The notes beneath the pieces were generated by a model that did no database searches, was not told the DNA's origin, and worked only from the letters and a program-made list of their open reading frames with translations. DNA of 64,000 bases from an uncultured Thermoplasmatales archaeon (GTDB taxonomy: Archaea > Thermoplasmatota > Penumbrarchaeia > Penumbrarchaeales > Penumbrarchaeaceae). The translations under genes were made by a program, and so were the position numbers. The DNA is taken from NCBI GenBank assembly GCA_964563055.1, contig CAZLVP010000003.1, forward strand, positions 48,646 through 112,645. Direction: 5' to 3'. Below are positions 17,326 through 26,293 of the stretch, piece by piece; position 1 is the stretch's first letter; each line of letters starts with the position of its first letter.

Positions 17326-17625
17326 ATGATGTACTGTTCCAAGTGCGGTTCGGATATGAGGGGTTCGACCACTTACTGTCCAGCTTGCGGTTACTCGGTG
17401 AAGCAGATGAAGCTCGATGCGGCGAGCGCTCCTCCCAAGTTCAGACCAGTGGACCCGGCCAAGAGGTCATACAACATGATATCGTCCTCAGCGAACAGGG
17501 ATGGGGACGAGATCAGACCTGGATACGGCTCAGATGGTTTGAGGACCAGAAGGCTCGAGCCAGAGGAGAAGCCCAAGGGGATAATCTTCGGAAGGCCTAA
17601 GAAGGACGAGGACGAGGTCAGTTGA
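17326..17625 (+). CDS. Small protein with an N-terminal zinc ribbon.
   Basis: The N-terminus is MMYCSKCGSDMRGSTTYCPACGYS. The track start at 17302 is TTG. The N-terminus is paralogous to that of the protein at 44858-45475. Confidence 0.5.
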   Translation: MMYCSKCGSDMRGSTTYCPACGYSVKQMKLDAASAPPKFRPVDPAKRSYNMISSSANRDGDEIRPGYGSDGLRTRRLEPEEKPKGIIFGRPKKDEDEVS

Positions 17626-17710
17626 ACCGGTGTTTCCGATCATTCTCCGGTCCCTTCCATGACCAGGTTGGTTTTAAGTAATCCTCCTGTGATGTCGTCT
17701 CGGTGCAGAA

Positions 17711-18814
17711 ATGGGCAAGGTCCGATTTTCGGTCGTTGGTTATGGCAACATAGGGTCGAGACATGTTCACTTCCTCGGGCAGTTACCGGGCGCTGAGCTG
17801 ATCTCCATCTGCGACATCAAGAAAGAGAGGGCAGAGGAAGGCGCGGCCAAAGCTGGATGTAAGGCCCTTACGGACTACCAAGAGGTCCTTGCTGACCCCG
17901 AAGTGGACGTCGTCGACATCTGTACCCCCTCCGGGCTACATGCTGCTATGTCGGTCAAGGCCATGAAGGCGGGCAAACATGCAATCTCCGAGAAGCCCAT
18001 GGCCCTCTCGCTCAAGGATGCCGATGAGGTCCTCAAGGTCCAAAAGAAGACCGATAAGAGATACTTTCTCGTCAAGCAGAACCGCTACAATCCCCCTGTC
18101 GCTGCCCTAAGGAAGGTGGTTGAGGACGGGAGCATCGGAAAGGTCCTTTTCATATCATCGAACGTCTTCTGGAACAGGCGGAGGGGGTACTACGAAGAGG
18201 AGCCTTGGAGGGGTACCCTTGCCCTTGATGGAGGCGCCCTCTTCACCCAGAGCTCACATTTCATAGACCTGCTCCTTTGGCTAGGTGGCAAACCTCTTTC
18301 CGTGGAGTCCTACATGGCGAACCTCTCCCATGAGTACACTGAGACAGAGGACACCGGGTCCGTCAGGATAGAGCTCGAAGGTGGTGGGCTTGCGGTCATG
18401 AACTATACTACCTCCACCTACCATTCGAACCTTGAAGGCTCCATAACGGTCCTGGGGACCAATGGAACCGTTAAGGTGGGAGGCAAATACCTCAACGAAC
18501 TGGTGGAATGGAACGTCGAAGGCGTACCCAGACCGGACCTCCCTCCTGGAGGTCCACCTAACACATACAAGGGTGGTTATCAGGGTTCCATGTCCAATCA
18601 CGACAAGGTCCTTCAGAACGTCATTGATGTCCTGAACGAGGGGAAGCAGGTCGCCGTATCATTGGAAGAGGGCCGCCTTACCGTTGAGGTGATGCAGGCT
18701 GCCCATATCTCGGCCCTTGAGGGAAAGAAGGTGGTCCTGCCCTTGAAAGGAAAGCATCTCGGGTTCGAACTATCGAACACACAGCCCTTCCCGTCAAGGG
18801 AACGCAACAGATGA
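17711..18814 (+). CDS. Gfo/Idh/MocA-family NAD(P)-dependent sugar dehydrogenase (WbpB-like).
   Basis: The Rossmann motif VVGYGNIGSRH is present, with EKPMALSLKDADEV and a C-terminal alpha/beta dimerisation domain. Confidence 0.8.
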   Translation: MGKVRFSVVGYGNIGSRHVHFLGQLPGAELISICDIKKERAEEGAAKAGCKALTDYQEVLADPEVDVVDICTPSGLHAAMSVKAMKAGKHAISEKPMALSLKDADEVLKVQKKTDKRYFLVKQNRYNPPVAALRKVVEDGSIGKVLFISSNVFWNRRRGYYEEEPWRGTLALDGGALFTQSSHFIDLLLWLGGKPLSVESYMANLSHEYTETEDTGSVRIELEGGGLAVMNYTTSTYHSNLEGSITVLGTNGTVKVGGKYLNELVEWNVEGVPRPDLPPGGPPNTYKGGYQGSMSNHDKVLQNVIDVLNEGKQVAVSLEEGRLTVEVMQAAHISALEGKKVVLPLKGKHLGFELSNTQPFPSRERNR

Positions 18815-19459
18815 CCTTTCCACAGCAGCTCTCACATCGGACCAATCGAACCAGCGGATGTGCTCCTTACCCTCCTTTGTCAGGATAACATGTAGCTTAT
18901 CCCTGGCAAGGACCAGGTCCGCCTTCCTTGCAACGCAGAGGTCCGTCGTCCCATCCCCTACGAAGATCACATCACCATGCTCATGCTTCAGCCTCTCCAG
19001 GTGTGAACATTTACAATTGCCGTTGATGGGGCATCCCTCTCTCCAATAAGGGAACTCTATGACCATACCTTCTGACCGGGGTTCGGTCCTGTTCGAGGTC
19101 CAAGGGACCCAGTCTAGCCCCCATTGGGCGAGAAGGACCTCCAGGGTGGTCCCGAACCCATCGGAGCAGATCTCAAGATGGACCCCATTATCCCTGCACC
19201 AGAGAGCGAACTCCCTGAAGCCTTCCCTCAATTGGACCTTACCTATCAGGAAGGAGGCCATCTCCTCTTTGGAGACCTTGACCATGGCTGCCTGTCTGAG
19301 CAATGCCTCTTTAATGGACATCCTTCCCTCAAGAGCCTCCATCTCGATGTCCTTCCATCTGAGGTCCCCGAACCTATCGAGGACCTCGTAGGAAGCATCC
19401 GTGACGGATATCGTTCCATCAAAATCGGTCAGCACTGCTAGGCCCATGGGACCCGCCAA
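18794..19459 (-). CDS. HAD-IB subfamily hydrolase (MtnX / phosphoserine-phosphatase-like).
   Basis: LTDFDGTIS and FVGDGTTD are present. Confidence 0.55.
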   Translation of the reverse strand: MAGPMGLAVLTDFDGTISVTDASYEVLDRFGDLRWKDIEMEALEGRMSIKEALLRQAAMVKVSKEEMASFLIGKVQLREGFREFALWCRDNGVHLEICSDGFGTTLEVLLAQWGLDWVPWTSNRTEPRSEGMVIEFPYWREGCPINGNCKCSHLERLKHEHGDVIFVGDGTTDLCVARKADLVLARDKLHVILTKEGKEHIRWFDWSDVRAAVERSSVAFP

Positions 19460-19558
19460 TCCAATGCCATGATAAAACGGTTTCTGATGCCTTTTGAGGA
19501 AGCATAGTCATATCGCTCAGGCCCAACATTTATAGCGGGGCAGAAAAATGGGAGGTAG

Positions 19559-22543
19559 ATGTTGACGGGTATGAATGGAGCCTCCATCTCCGCTCCGGTG
19601 ATGGTATTGTTGATGCTGTCAGCGGCCCTCATCATCGTCCCGAGCATTGACAGCAGCCGCCCTTTCCTCTCTATGGAGCCTCTCGATGATGTTGAACTCC
19701 CCCCCTATGGTTACTACAAAGGCACCCTCCCGGTCCCTTTCGACAATGAGAGCTTCGAGGGTGCTTATGCCAATGCATCCGAGCATTCCCAGTTCGTCCC
19801 GGTCTGGGGGAAGCCTACCCCCTTCTATGATATGGCCGCAGAACTGAACGGGGCATGGGGGGATGTTTTCGTTGACGGACTGATAAGGGGCAACGGGATG
19901 TTCCCCGTCATCAACATGAACTTCTACGGGGCAGGACTTTCCTTGGTGGAGCCGCCGGGTCTTACCGGTTCCACGCTGGCCTCGCCCCTCTGGAGGAAGG
20001 CCTATCACGATTCTGCCATGAACATCCTGAACGCTTCAAGGCCCATGTACATGTCCATAGGCAACGAGGTCAACCGATGGTTCGAGGTCAATGGTGCTGA
20101 AGAGGGCGATGACAGGTCGTTCCTGAACTATGTCAGCCTTTACGAGTCCATATATGACGATATCAAATCGCTCTCACCAAGGACCAAGGTCTACTGCACT
20201 TTCTCTAGGGAGATCGTTTCAGAGAACAGGGAGGCGAACCTATCCATCCTCTCACTGTTCAACTCCTCGAAGCTCGACCTCCTCGTCCTCACGAGCTATC
20301 CGTTCTCGCTGGCAGGCGTGGACGAGGTCGCAGATCTACCTGACGATTACTATTCCAGCGTGTTCGACCACATAGAAGAAATGCCCATCGGGTTCTCGGA
20401 GCTTGGCTGGCCATCGGAAGGGCCATTTGGTGGCGAGAAGGGGCAGGCGGCATACATCAGGAACATGACCACCAGGCTTACCATCGACCAGGGTCTTGAC
20501 CTCGAGCTCCTTGGTTGGGCATGGCTCACTGACCTTGTTCCGACCGATTCGACAGGGCTCTTTTTTAGGAACGGGGTCAGGAAGGAGGGGTTCGCCGCCT
20601 GGGTCAACAACAAGCCCCCTCAATATGACAGGAACAACAGGACCATAGACCTCGATGAGGATTTCGGAGAGCATACCTACGAACTGTCCAGGACCTTCTT
20701 CGATCCGGACCCCTGGGACAGATTGGGATACACCATCTGGAACGGAAGCGCGTACACCGACCGTTCCAACGGCACCGTTCTTTCCGCTAGGATAGCCGGC
20801 GGAAACCTGGTCCTGACCTCGGCCGATAACAAGTCCGGGACCAGGCAGCTCAGGCTAATGGCCAGGGATTGGGGTGGTCTTACTGTTTGGACAATGCTCC
20901 AGGTCACGGTCGAGCAGGTGAACGACCCACCCGCTCTCGATATGGCCTTCGAAAAGCTCCTCATTTTAGGGGAGGATGAATACAGGTACTTCGATATGAA
21001 AGAATACATCCATGACGACCAGGACCCATTGGAGGGATTAACATTGTCGGTCAGGTCCTCACCTTTCCTTGTGGTCACCGTCAACCTCTCGGTCTCGCCC
21101 TACTTGACGATATATACGGAGGTCCCGGACTGGTCGGGGACCACATACCTCCATATGGTCATCATTGACAGCGAGGGTCTGTCCTTGGAGAAGAACCTGA
21201 CCGTGCTATTCCTCCCGGTGAACGACCCACCTATCATCAACTGCCCCCCATACATTGAGACCCAAGAGGACACACCGGTCATGCGAGATATTGCGAACTG
21301 GGTGGCGGAGGCCGATCCCGGGGACCCCCTCTATAAGGTAGCAACTTCGAGCGATCCGAAGAACGCTTCCATCAACTTCGATGGGACCATTATGACGATA
21401 CTCCCTGCGATGGACTGGCATGGGACCATGGTCATTGAGCTGTCAGTGAGCGACGGGTCTGTGTTGGTAAAGAGCTCCTTTGAGCTCCGGGTCATCTCGG
21501 TGAACGACCCTCCAAGGGCCTTGGGACCGCCAAATGCGGTCCTGCTCGAGGACCATATCTACCATCTTGACCTGGGCACCTTGGAACCTTACGACCCTGA
21601 CAGCGACCGGCTCTTCTGGTCGGTCGTCAATTTGACATACCCGGTCGGTTCCGCTACCATCCTGTCGAACTCGACACTTAGGATCACCCCTCTTAACGAT
21701 GCGTTCGGAAGTTCCAACATTACTCTGGCCATAGATGACGGTGGGGGAGGGAGGACCGAGCTGGAGCTCCATCTCGAGGTCCAACCCGTCAATGACCCAC
21801 CGCATTTCATAGTTCCATCGCCCTGGACGGTCATGGTGATCAGGGGCGGCTCAGCGGAGGTCGATCTGCAGGGGACGGACTATACGATAGAAGACCCTGA
21901 CGACCCGGTAGAGGCTCTCCAGCCCTGGACGGATTCGGAACTGGTAGCGGTCAAGGGTATGACACTCAGGATAACGGTCCCATCCGAAATGACCATGGGA
22001 GAGTTCACGGTCCTGGTATGGTTAAAGGACCCGCACAATGCGGTCTCCGATCCCAGGGAACTGCTGGTAAGGATCAAGAACGGGACCGGTCCAGGCATAA
22101 AGAGGATAAAGGTCACCGAGGTCGGACACGAACGGAGCGATGGCGGAAGGGTAATGACCATAATTGTGACGGGTGACCCAGGTCAGATGATCTGGGTGGT
22201 CCTCAAGGGTGAGAACGGAGGGAAGGCCTCCTATCTTATGGAGGAAAATCCGCAGGGAAGTGGGCAATACAGGATAACAATGAAGGACCTCCCCTTCAAG
22301 GATGGGGAGCAAGTGACCTATCACCTATCCCTGACGGAGGACGGACCCAACGATTCACTGGTCCCTGCATCGACGTTCACCTATGATGTTAGGGACGAGA
22401 ATGGGGTCCTAAATGGGCCTGCATTGCTGTTCATCGGAATAATAGCGATTTCATCTTTCGCGCTCATCCTTATGGGGGCCTACCTGTTCATGAGAAGGAA
22501 CAGGGACGTCCTTGTTGAGGGGACAGGCCCCTTCGAGGAATGA
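19559..22543 (+). CDS. Large surface adhesin-like protein with a signal peptide, at least four cadherin-like domains with VNDPP boundaries, and a C-terminal TM anchor ending GPFEE.
   Basis: The signal is MLTGMNGASISAPVMVLLMLSAALIIV. VNDPP occurs four times. The TM is ALLFIGIIAISSFALILMGAYLF followed by MRRNRD. Confidence 0.65.
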   Translation: MLTGMNGASISAPVMVLLMLSAALIIVPSIDSSRPFLSMEPLDDVELPPYGYYKGTLPVPFDNESFEGAYANASEHSQFVPVWGKPTPFYDMAAELNGAWGDVFVDGLIRGNGMFPVINMNFYGAGLSLVEPPGLTGSTLASPLWRKAYHDSAMNILNASRPMYMSIGNEVNRWFEVNGAEEGDDRSFLNYVSLYESIYDDIKSLSPRTKVYCTFSREIVSENREANLSILSLFNSSKLDLLVLTSYPFSLAGVDEVADLPDDYYSSVFDHIEEMPIGFSELGWPSEGPFGGEKGQAAYIRNMTTRLTIDQGLDLELLGWAWLTDLVPTDSTGLFFRNGVRKEGFAAWVNNKPPQYDRNNRTIDLDEDFGEHTYELSRTFFDPDPWDRLGYTIWNGSAYTDRSNGTVLSARIAGGNLVLTSADNKSGTRQLRLMARDWGGLTVWTMLQVTVEQVNDPPALDMAFEKLLILGEDEYRYFDMKEYIHDDQDPLEGLTLSVRSSPFLVVTVNLSVSPYLTIYTEVPDWSGTTYLHMVIIDSEGLSLEKNLTVLFLPVNDPPIINCPPYIETQEDTPVMRDIANWVAEADPGDPLYKVATSSDPKNASINFDGTIMTILPAMDWHGTMVIELSVSDGSVLVKSSFELRVISVNDPPRALGPPNAVLLEDHIYHLDLGTLEPYDPDSDRLFWSVVNLTYPVGSATILSNSTLRITPLNDAFGSSNITLAIDDGGGGRTELELHLEVQPVNDPPHFIVPSPWTVMVIRGGSAEVDLQGTDYTIEDPDDPVEALQPWTDSELVAVKGMTLRITVPSEMTMGEFTVLVWLKDPHNAVSDPRELLVRIKNGTGPGIKRIKVTEVGHERSDGGRVMTIIVTGDPGQMIWVVLKGENGGKASYLMEENPQGSGQYRITMKDLPFKDGEQVTYHLSLTEDGPNDSLVPASTFTYDVRDENGVLNGPALLFIGIIAISSFALILMGAYLFMRRNRDVLVEGTGPFEE

Positions 22544-22900
22544 ATGCCCATCACCAAGGGTCCTCCAGTCGGCGAGTGCCCTTCTGACATTTGGGATGGT
22601 AATTGAACCGCCTACGATAAGTGCTATGTCCAATGCCTCGACCAACTGAGCGTCCGTTATCCCGTCCTTCTTGCACTGGACCAGATGGTAGCGGATGCAG
22701 TCATCGCACCTCAGAACGGTCGAAGCGACAAGCCCAAGGAGCTCCTTCGTCCCTCCTGGAAGCGCCCCATCACCGTATACATGGGAATCCAGCGAGAGGA
22801 ACCTCTTCATCTCCCGGTCGGCCATCCCTTCCATTATAATCTTGAGATCGGACCGCTCCCTCCAGAAATCAGCTATCGGAACGGAATGTCCATGCGTCAA
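22451..22900 (-). CDS. Carboxymuconolactone decarboxylase / AhpD-like family protein.
   Basis: The CxxCxxxH core reads CDDCIRYH. Its 3' end overlaps the convergent surface-protein gene by about 93 nt, so the exact ends are uncertain. Confidence 0.45.
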   Translation of the reverse strand: MTHGHSVPIADFWRERSDLKIIMEGMADREMKRFLSLDSHVYGDGALPGGTKELLGLVASTVLRCDDCIRYHLVQCKKDGITDAQLVEALDIALIVGGSITIPNVRRALADWRTLGDGHSFLEGACPLNKDVPVPSHEQVGPHKDERER

Positions 22901-22933
22901 GGTCCACCTCCAGAGATCGAAAGATGGATGGTC

Positions 22934-23797
22934 TCACTTTATGTAGCCATATGTGTAAGCGCCCTTGATATCTATGCCCTTCTCATCGAAGGTGTACTCC
23001 ACCCACTGGTTCCCACGCAGGTCAGGCAGGCCTTTGACCAAGAGAAGGTGCTTGTCGTTGTCCTCTTTCAGGCTGAAGGACCCGTCCATGGAGTGCTCTA
23101 TGGCGTTTATCTCCTCGGGTTTGTGGATACCCCCTGCCAGATCGAACATGACGATACCGTTGTAGGCCTTGGTCTTGGTAGAGACCGAATTGATGAAATC
23201 TATGGTATTGTTGAGCCCGTGCGCCCGGAGTATGGACGACAGGGAATCGAAAAGGATCCTGTGATAGAAGTATTTCTTAGCATAACCTGCTTGGAGCCTC
23301 TCTATGGCAGCAATGACTGTGCTCAGGTCATTGACACCGTTGAGATAGACGGCATAGGGGTTCTTCCCCATCAGCCCAACTGTCTTCGAGTGGCAGTCGA
23401 CATATGTCAGGAGACCTGCCCTCTCCCTGTCCTCGAGCTTGAGGTCCAATTCCACTGCCCTTTTTCTGAAATTGGATGTCGTGTTATTGGTAAGGACGAC
23501 TATGGCAGGGGAACCGTACTTTATCCCTTCGGATATGAACTGGGCCAGAAGGATATCCTTGCCAATGAACGCGGGTCCCTGCACGACCGAGCACGAACGG
23601 AAGGGGAGACCCCCTCCAAGGAACTCATCGAGCCTTTTCCCCCCGAGCTGGGCCTTTCGGGGCTTTTCACCGCTCGGTCTCTTCACGATCCTTTGCTGTT
23701 GAGAGGCACCCTGGCCGTTATCCCCGTAACCTGCCCCCGTTAGACTACCCTGTCCTTTGGTAGGGTGGCCACCTGCTGGTCGAACCCCCTGTTCCAT
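22934..23797 (-). CDS. KaiC-like RecA-superfamily protein with a degenerate Walker A.
   Basis: LDEFLGGGLPFRSCSVVQGPAFIGKDILLAQF aligns to the KaiC pattern GIPGLD..GGL...GPPGTGKT, but its P-loop reads GPAFIGKD. It has a Gly/Gln-rich N-terminal extension. Confidence 0.55.
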   Translation of the reverse strand: MEQGVRPAGGHPTKGQGSLTGAGYGDNGQGASQQQRIVKRPSGEKPRKAQLGGKRLDEFLGGGLPFRSCSVVQGPAFIGKDILLAQFISEGIKYGSPAIVVLTNNTTSNFRKRAVELDLKLEDRERAGLLTYVDCHSKTVGLMGKNPYAVYLNGVNDLSTVIAAIERLQAGYAKKYFYHRILFDSLSSILRAHGLNNTIDFINSVSTKTKAYNGIVMFDLAGGIHKPEEINAIEHSMDGSFSLKEDNDKHLLLVKGLPDLRGNQWVEYTFDEKGIDIKGAYTYGYIK

Positions 23798-23925
23798 CTT
23801 TGCATCATCCCGTTCCCATAGGTTCTTAGGCTGGGAACCACATCATAATGAAAAGATGACTATTTAATCATAACTAGATTAAAGCGGAAAAAAGGAATAA
23901 ATCAAGTGTCCTGGCCCACAATTAT

Positions 23926-24948
23926 TCATGTGAGGCCTAGCGCATAGTCGGTCTTTCGGATGGACCCAAGGTTGTCATCCATGAGACCGCACATTGCCCT
24001 GATGCAGTCGATGTTCTCTGGAATGACGTCCGACTCCTGGTGGATGGCCTGGAAATAATAGAGTGTGTCACCGGTGACCTGGACCCCGTCCTCCCAGACG
24101 ATTATCTCGTTCAGGTCCGCCCGGTCCCTGTTGAGGTCCTTTGAAAGCTCCATGATCTGAGCAGTCGATTCGATACCTTCAGCCCCTTTCACGAAACGAA
24201 CTCTTGGGGTGTTCCTCCAAAGCCCCTTCACCTCATCGGAGGTGGAGGGCCTGGATAGCTTGACGATAATGGAATGGAGATGCATGAGCGTCGTTGGAAC
24301 GACGACGGCCATGGAATCTATGTCTATCCCAGGTATGACCGTCTTGAGGTCCGGGCCATGATGGGAAGGGACCTTGAGCTCAGGGACGATGGCATTTACG
24401 GGCCCTTTCTTGGAATCGTTGGGGTCAACGGCCCTTCTTATCATGGTAGCATAGACCTTTGACACACCTATGTCCCTCACAAGAGGGAATATGGTCCTGG
24501 CAAGCCCCGTTGTATTGCAGCTCACCACCCGAACGAACTGTGCCCCAATATTGTCCTTGTAGTTCGATAGGGCGTTGAAGGACCTTCCGACCTTGTCATG
24601 CTTTTCCCCCCCCTGGAAGATCGCCTTGACATTCGCCTTCTTATACCTGTCCAGGTTCTCAATGCCCTTCTTGCCCGGTGTGCAGTCGATGACGATATCG
24701 GCCTTTACCAGAAGGTCGTCCAATGTTCCCTTCACATCGATACCGGCCTGCTGAAAGAGCGGCATGTTCTCAGGTATTGCGATATAGAGGTCGTAACCCT
24801 TGGCCAAAGCTGTCCTAGCCTCATAGGTCGGCCTTGTCTTCGTCACGCCGACGATCTCCATATCGTCCTGCCTCGAGACAGCGTCGGCCACCCTCTTTCC
24901 AATGGACCCGTACCCGTTTATGGCTACCTTGACCTTGTTCTCGACCAT
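23926..24948 (-). CDS. gap: Glyceraldehyde-3-phosphate dehydrogenase, archaeal type II.
   Basis: KVAINGYGSIGKRVADAV and the active-site SCNTTGL are present. I set the start at MVENKVKV (24948). Confidence 0.85.
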   Translation of the reverse strand: MVENKVKVAINGYGSIGKRVADAVSRQDDMEIVGVTKTRPTYEARTALAKGYDLYIAIPENMPLFQQAGIDVKGTLDDLLVKADIVIDCTPGKKGIENLDRYKKANVKAIFQGGEKHDKVGRSFNALSNYKDNIGAQFVRVVSCNTTGLARTIFPLVRDIGVSKVYATMIRRAVDPNDSKKGPVNAIVPELKVPSHHGPDLKTVIPGIDIDSMAVVVPTTLMHLHSIIVKLSRPSTSDEVKGLWRNTPRVRFVKGAEGIESTAQIMELSKDLNRDRADLNEIIVWEDGVQVTGDTLYYFQAIHQESDVIPENIDCIRAMCGLMDDNLGSIRKTDYALGLT

Positions 24949-25097
24949 ATATCTCACCCTAAGGATACCTAATCGAGGCCAAGATATTAAAATTTGGTAG
25001 GTGCAGGGATTGAGGCCTTCAAAAGCTTTATCAGCGCCCAATGCCCATCATACATACTGCCTAAGGTGCGTAATCGATCGCATAGGGGGTAGGTCCA

Positions 25098-26279
25098 TTG
25101 GTAAGGACGAATGGAACATGTAAGGGACCTGGGCGGACCCTGGTCATCACGCTATCTCTCCTCCTACTTGCCCTGCTTCAGAACCCATCAGGTTCGTTCG
25201 GTCATCCGCCGTCCGATATGGTCCTTGAGTATGATTTCGCCTCCCAGGTCCTCTCCGTGACCATAACCCATAATTCACCGACGACCTCGAACCACTACGT
25301 GGAGACAGTTGAGCTCTTCAAGAACGGGATAGCACAGGAGACCTTCACCTACCAGACCCAGCCTGACAGGTCCATGTTCACCTACGAGTACCCTGTCACC
25401 GGCCAGGACGGTGACCTTATAGAGGCCATGGCAACATGCAATATATACGGCTCATTGACAAGGAACACGACGGTTGTCGGGCCCAAGGAGAGTATGAGGA
25501 TGGAACTGGCCCCCAGACCGACGTCCATTGGTTCCGGTATGGATGTGGATTTCACCGTCAACCTATACTCTGCGGCAGACGATATACCGCTCGATGGGGC
25601 AAGGGTGGTAGCCGTCCCTGAACTAGGATCGGTGACCGATGTTGAACCATTGGCATTGGGCGGGTATACATTCACATATACCGCCCCGAGCATCATCGAC
25701 GATGTGGCCGAGGAGCTCAATATCTCGGCCTCCAAGAACGGCTATCATACCATCTATCAAGAGCTGCTCTTCGATATTGTATCTGAGACAACGCCTAGGA
25801 TCCAGGTCTCGATACTGCCCATACTTTACAAGCTGAACGAGGGCGAGAAGACGACCTTCAGCGTCAGGGTAAGGTCCGGGACCCAGGACCTTGATGTGGA
25901 GGACATTACCGTCGAGCGTTCCGGAGGTGAGGTGGAGAAGAAGAAGGTATCCAAGGGTCAGTTCACGCTCGAATACAAACCGGATGAGGTGGCATCTGAC
26001 ACCAACGCTTTCATCCAGGTGAGGGCTGAGATGGAAGGCTACCTTCCCGGGGAAAAGAGACTTGATTTCGTGATATCTGACATACCCGACACCCCTGGTA
26101 ATGGTGATGGTGGGTCCGGACCATCTTCATTGACGAACACCCTCCTGCTCATAGGGATTATACTGGCCCTTGGAGCGGCGCTGTCCTTCGTTATCTATAT
26201 GGTCTGGAAAAAGAGGTCGGTCAGGAAGGGGTCGGAGGACGAAAGGGTGACCGCCAGGGAGCTGGGACCTGAGAGATGA
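25098..26279 (+). CDS. Secreted protein with a C-terminal TM anchor (Ig-like folds), function unknown.
   Basis: It has a signal/hydrophobic N-terminus. The C-terminal helix is LLLIGIILALGAALSFVIYMVW followed by KKR. Confidence 0.5.
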   Translation: MVRTNGTCKGPGRTLVITLSLLLLALLQNPSGSFGHPPSDMVLEYDFASQVLSVTITHNSPTTSNHYVETVELFKNGIAQETFTYQTQPDRSMFTYEYPVTGQDGDLIEAMATCNIYGSLTRNTTVVGPKESMRMELAPRPTSIGSGMDVDFTVNLYSAADDIPLDGARVVAVPELGSVTDVEPLALGGYTFTYTAPSIIDDVAEELNISASKNGYHTIYQELLFDIVSETTPRIQVSILPILYKLNEGEKTTFSVRVRSGTQDLDVEDITVERSGGEVEKKKVSKGQFTLEYKPDEVASDTNAFIQVRAEMEGYLPGEKRLDFVISDIPDTPGNGDGGSGPSSLTNTLLLIGIILALGAALSFVIYMVWKKRSVRKGSEDERVTARELGPER

Positions 26280-26293
26280 GCATCAGAGCATGT

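Noticed and set aside
22685-23743. A 352-aa + ORF opposite the KaiC-like gene.
   Set aside because: The minus frame carries the clear KaiC-like alignment; the + frame translation has no motif.
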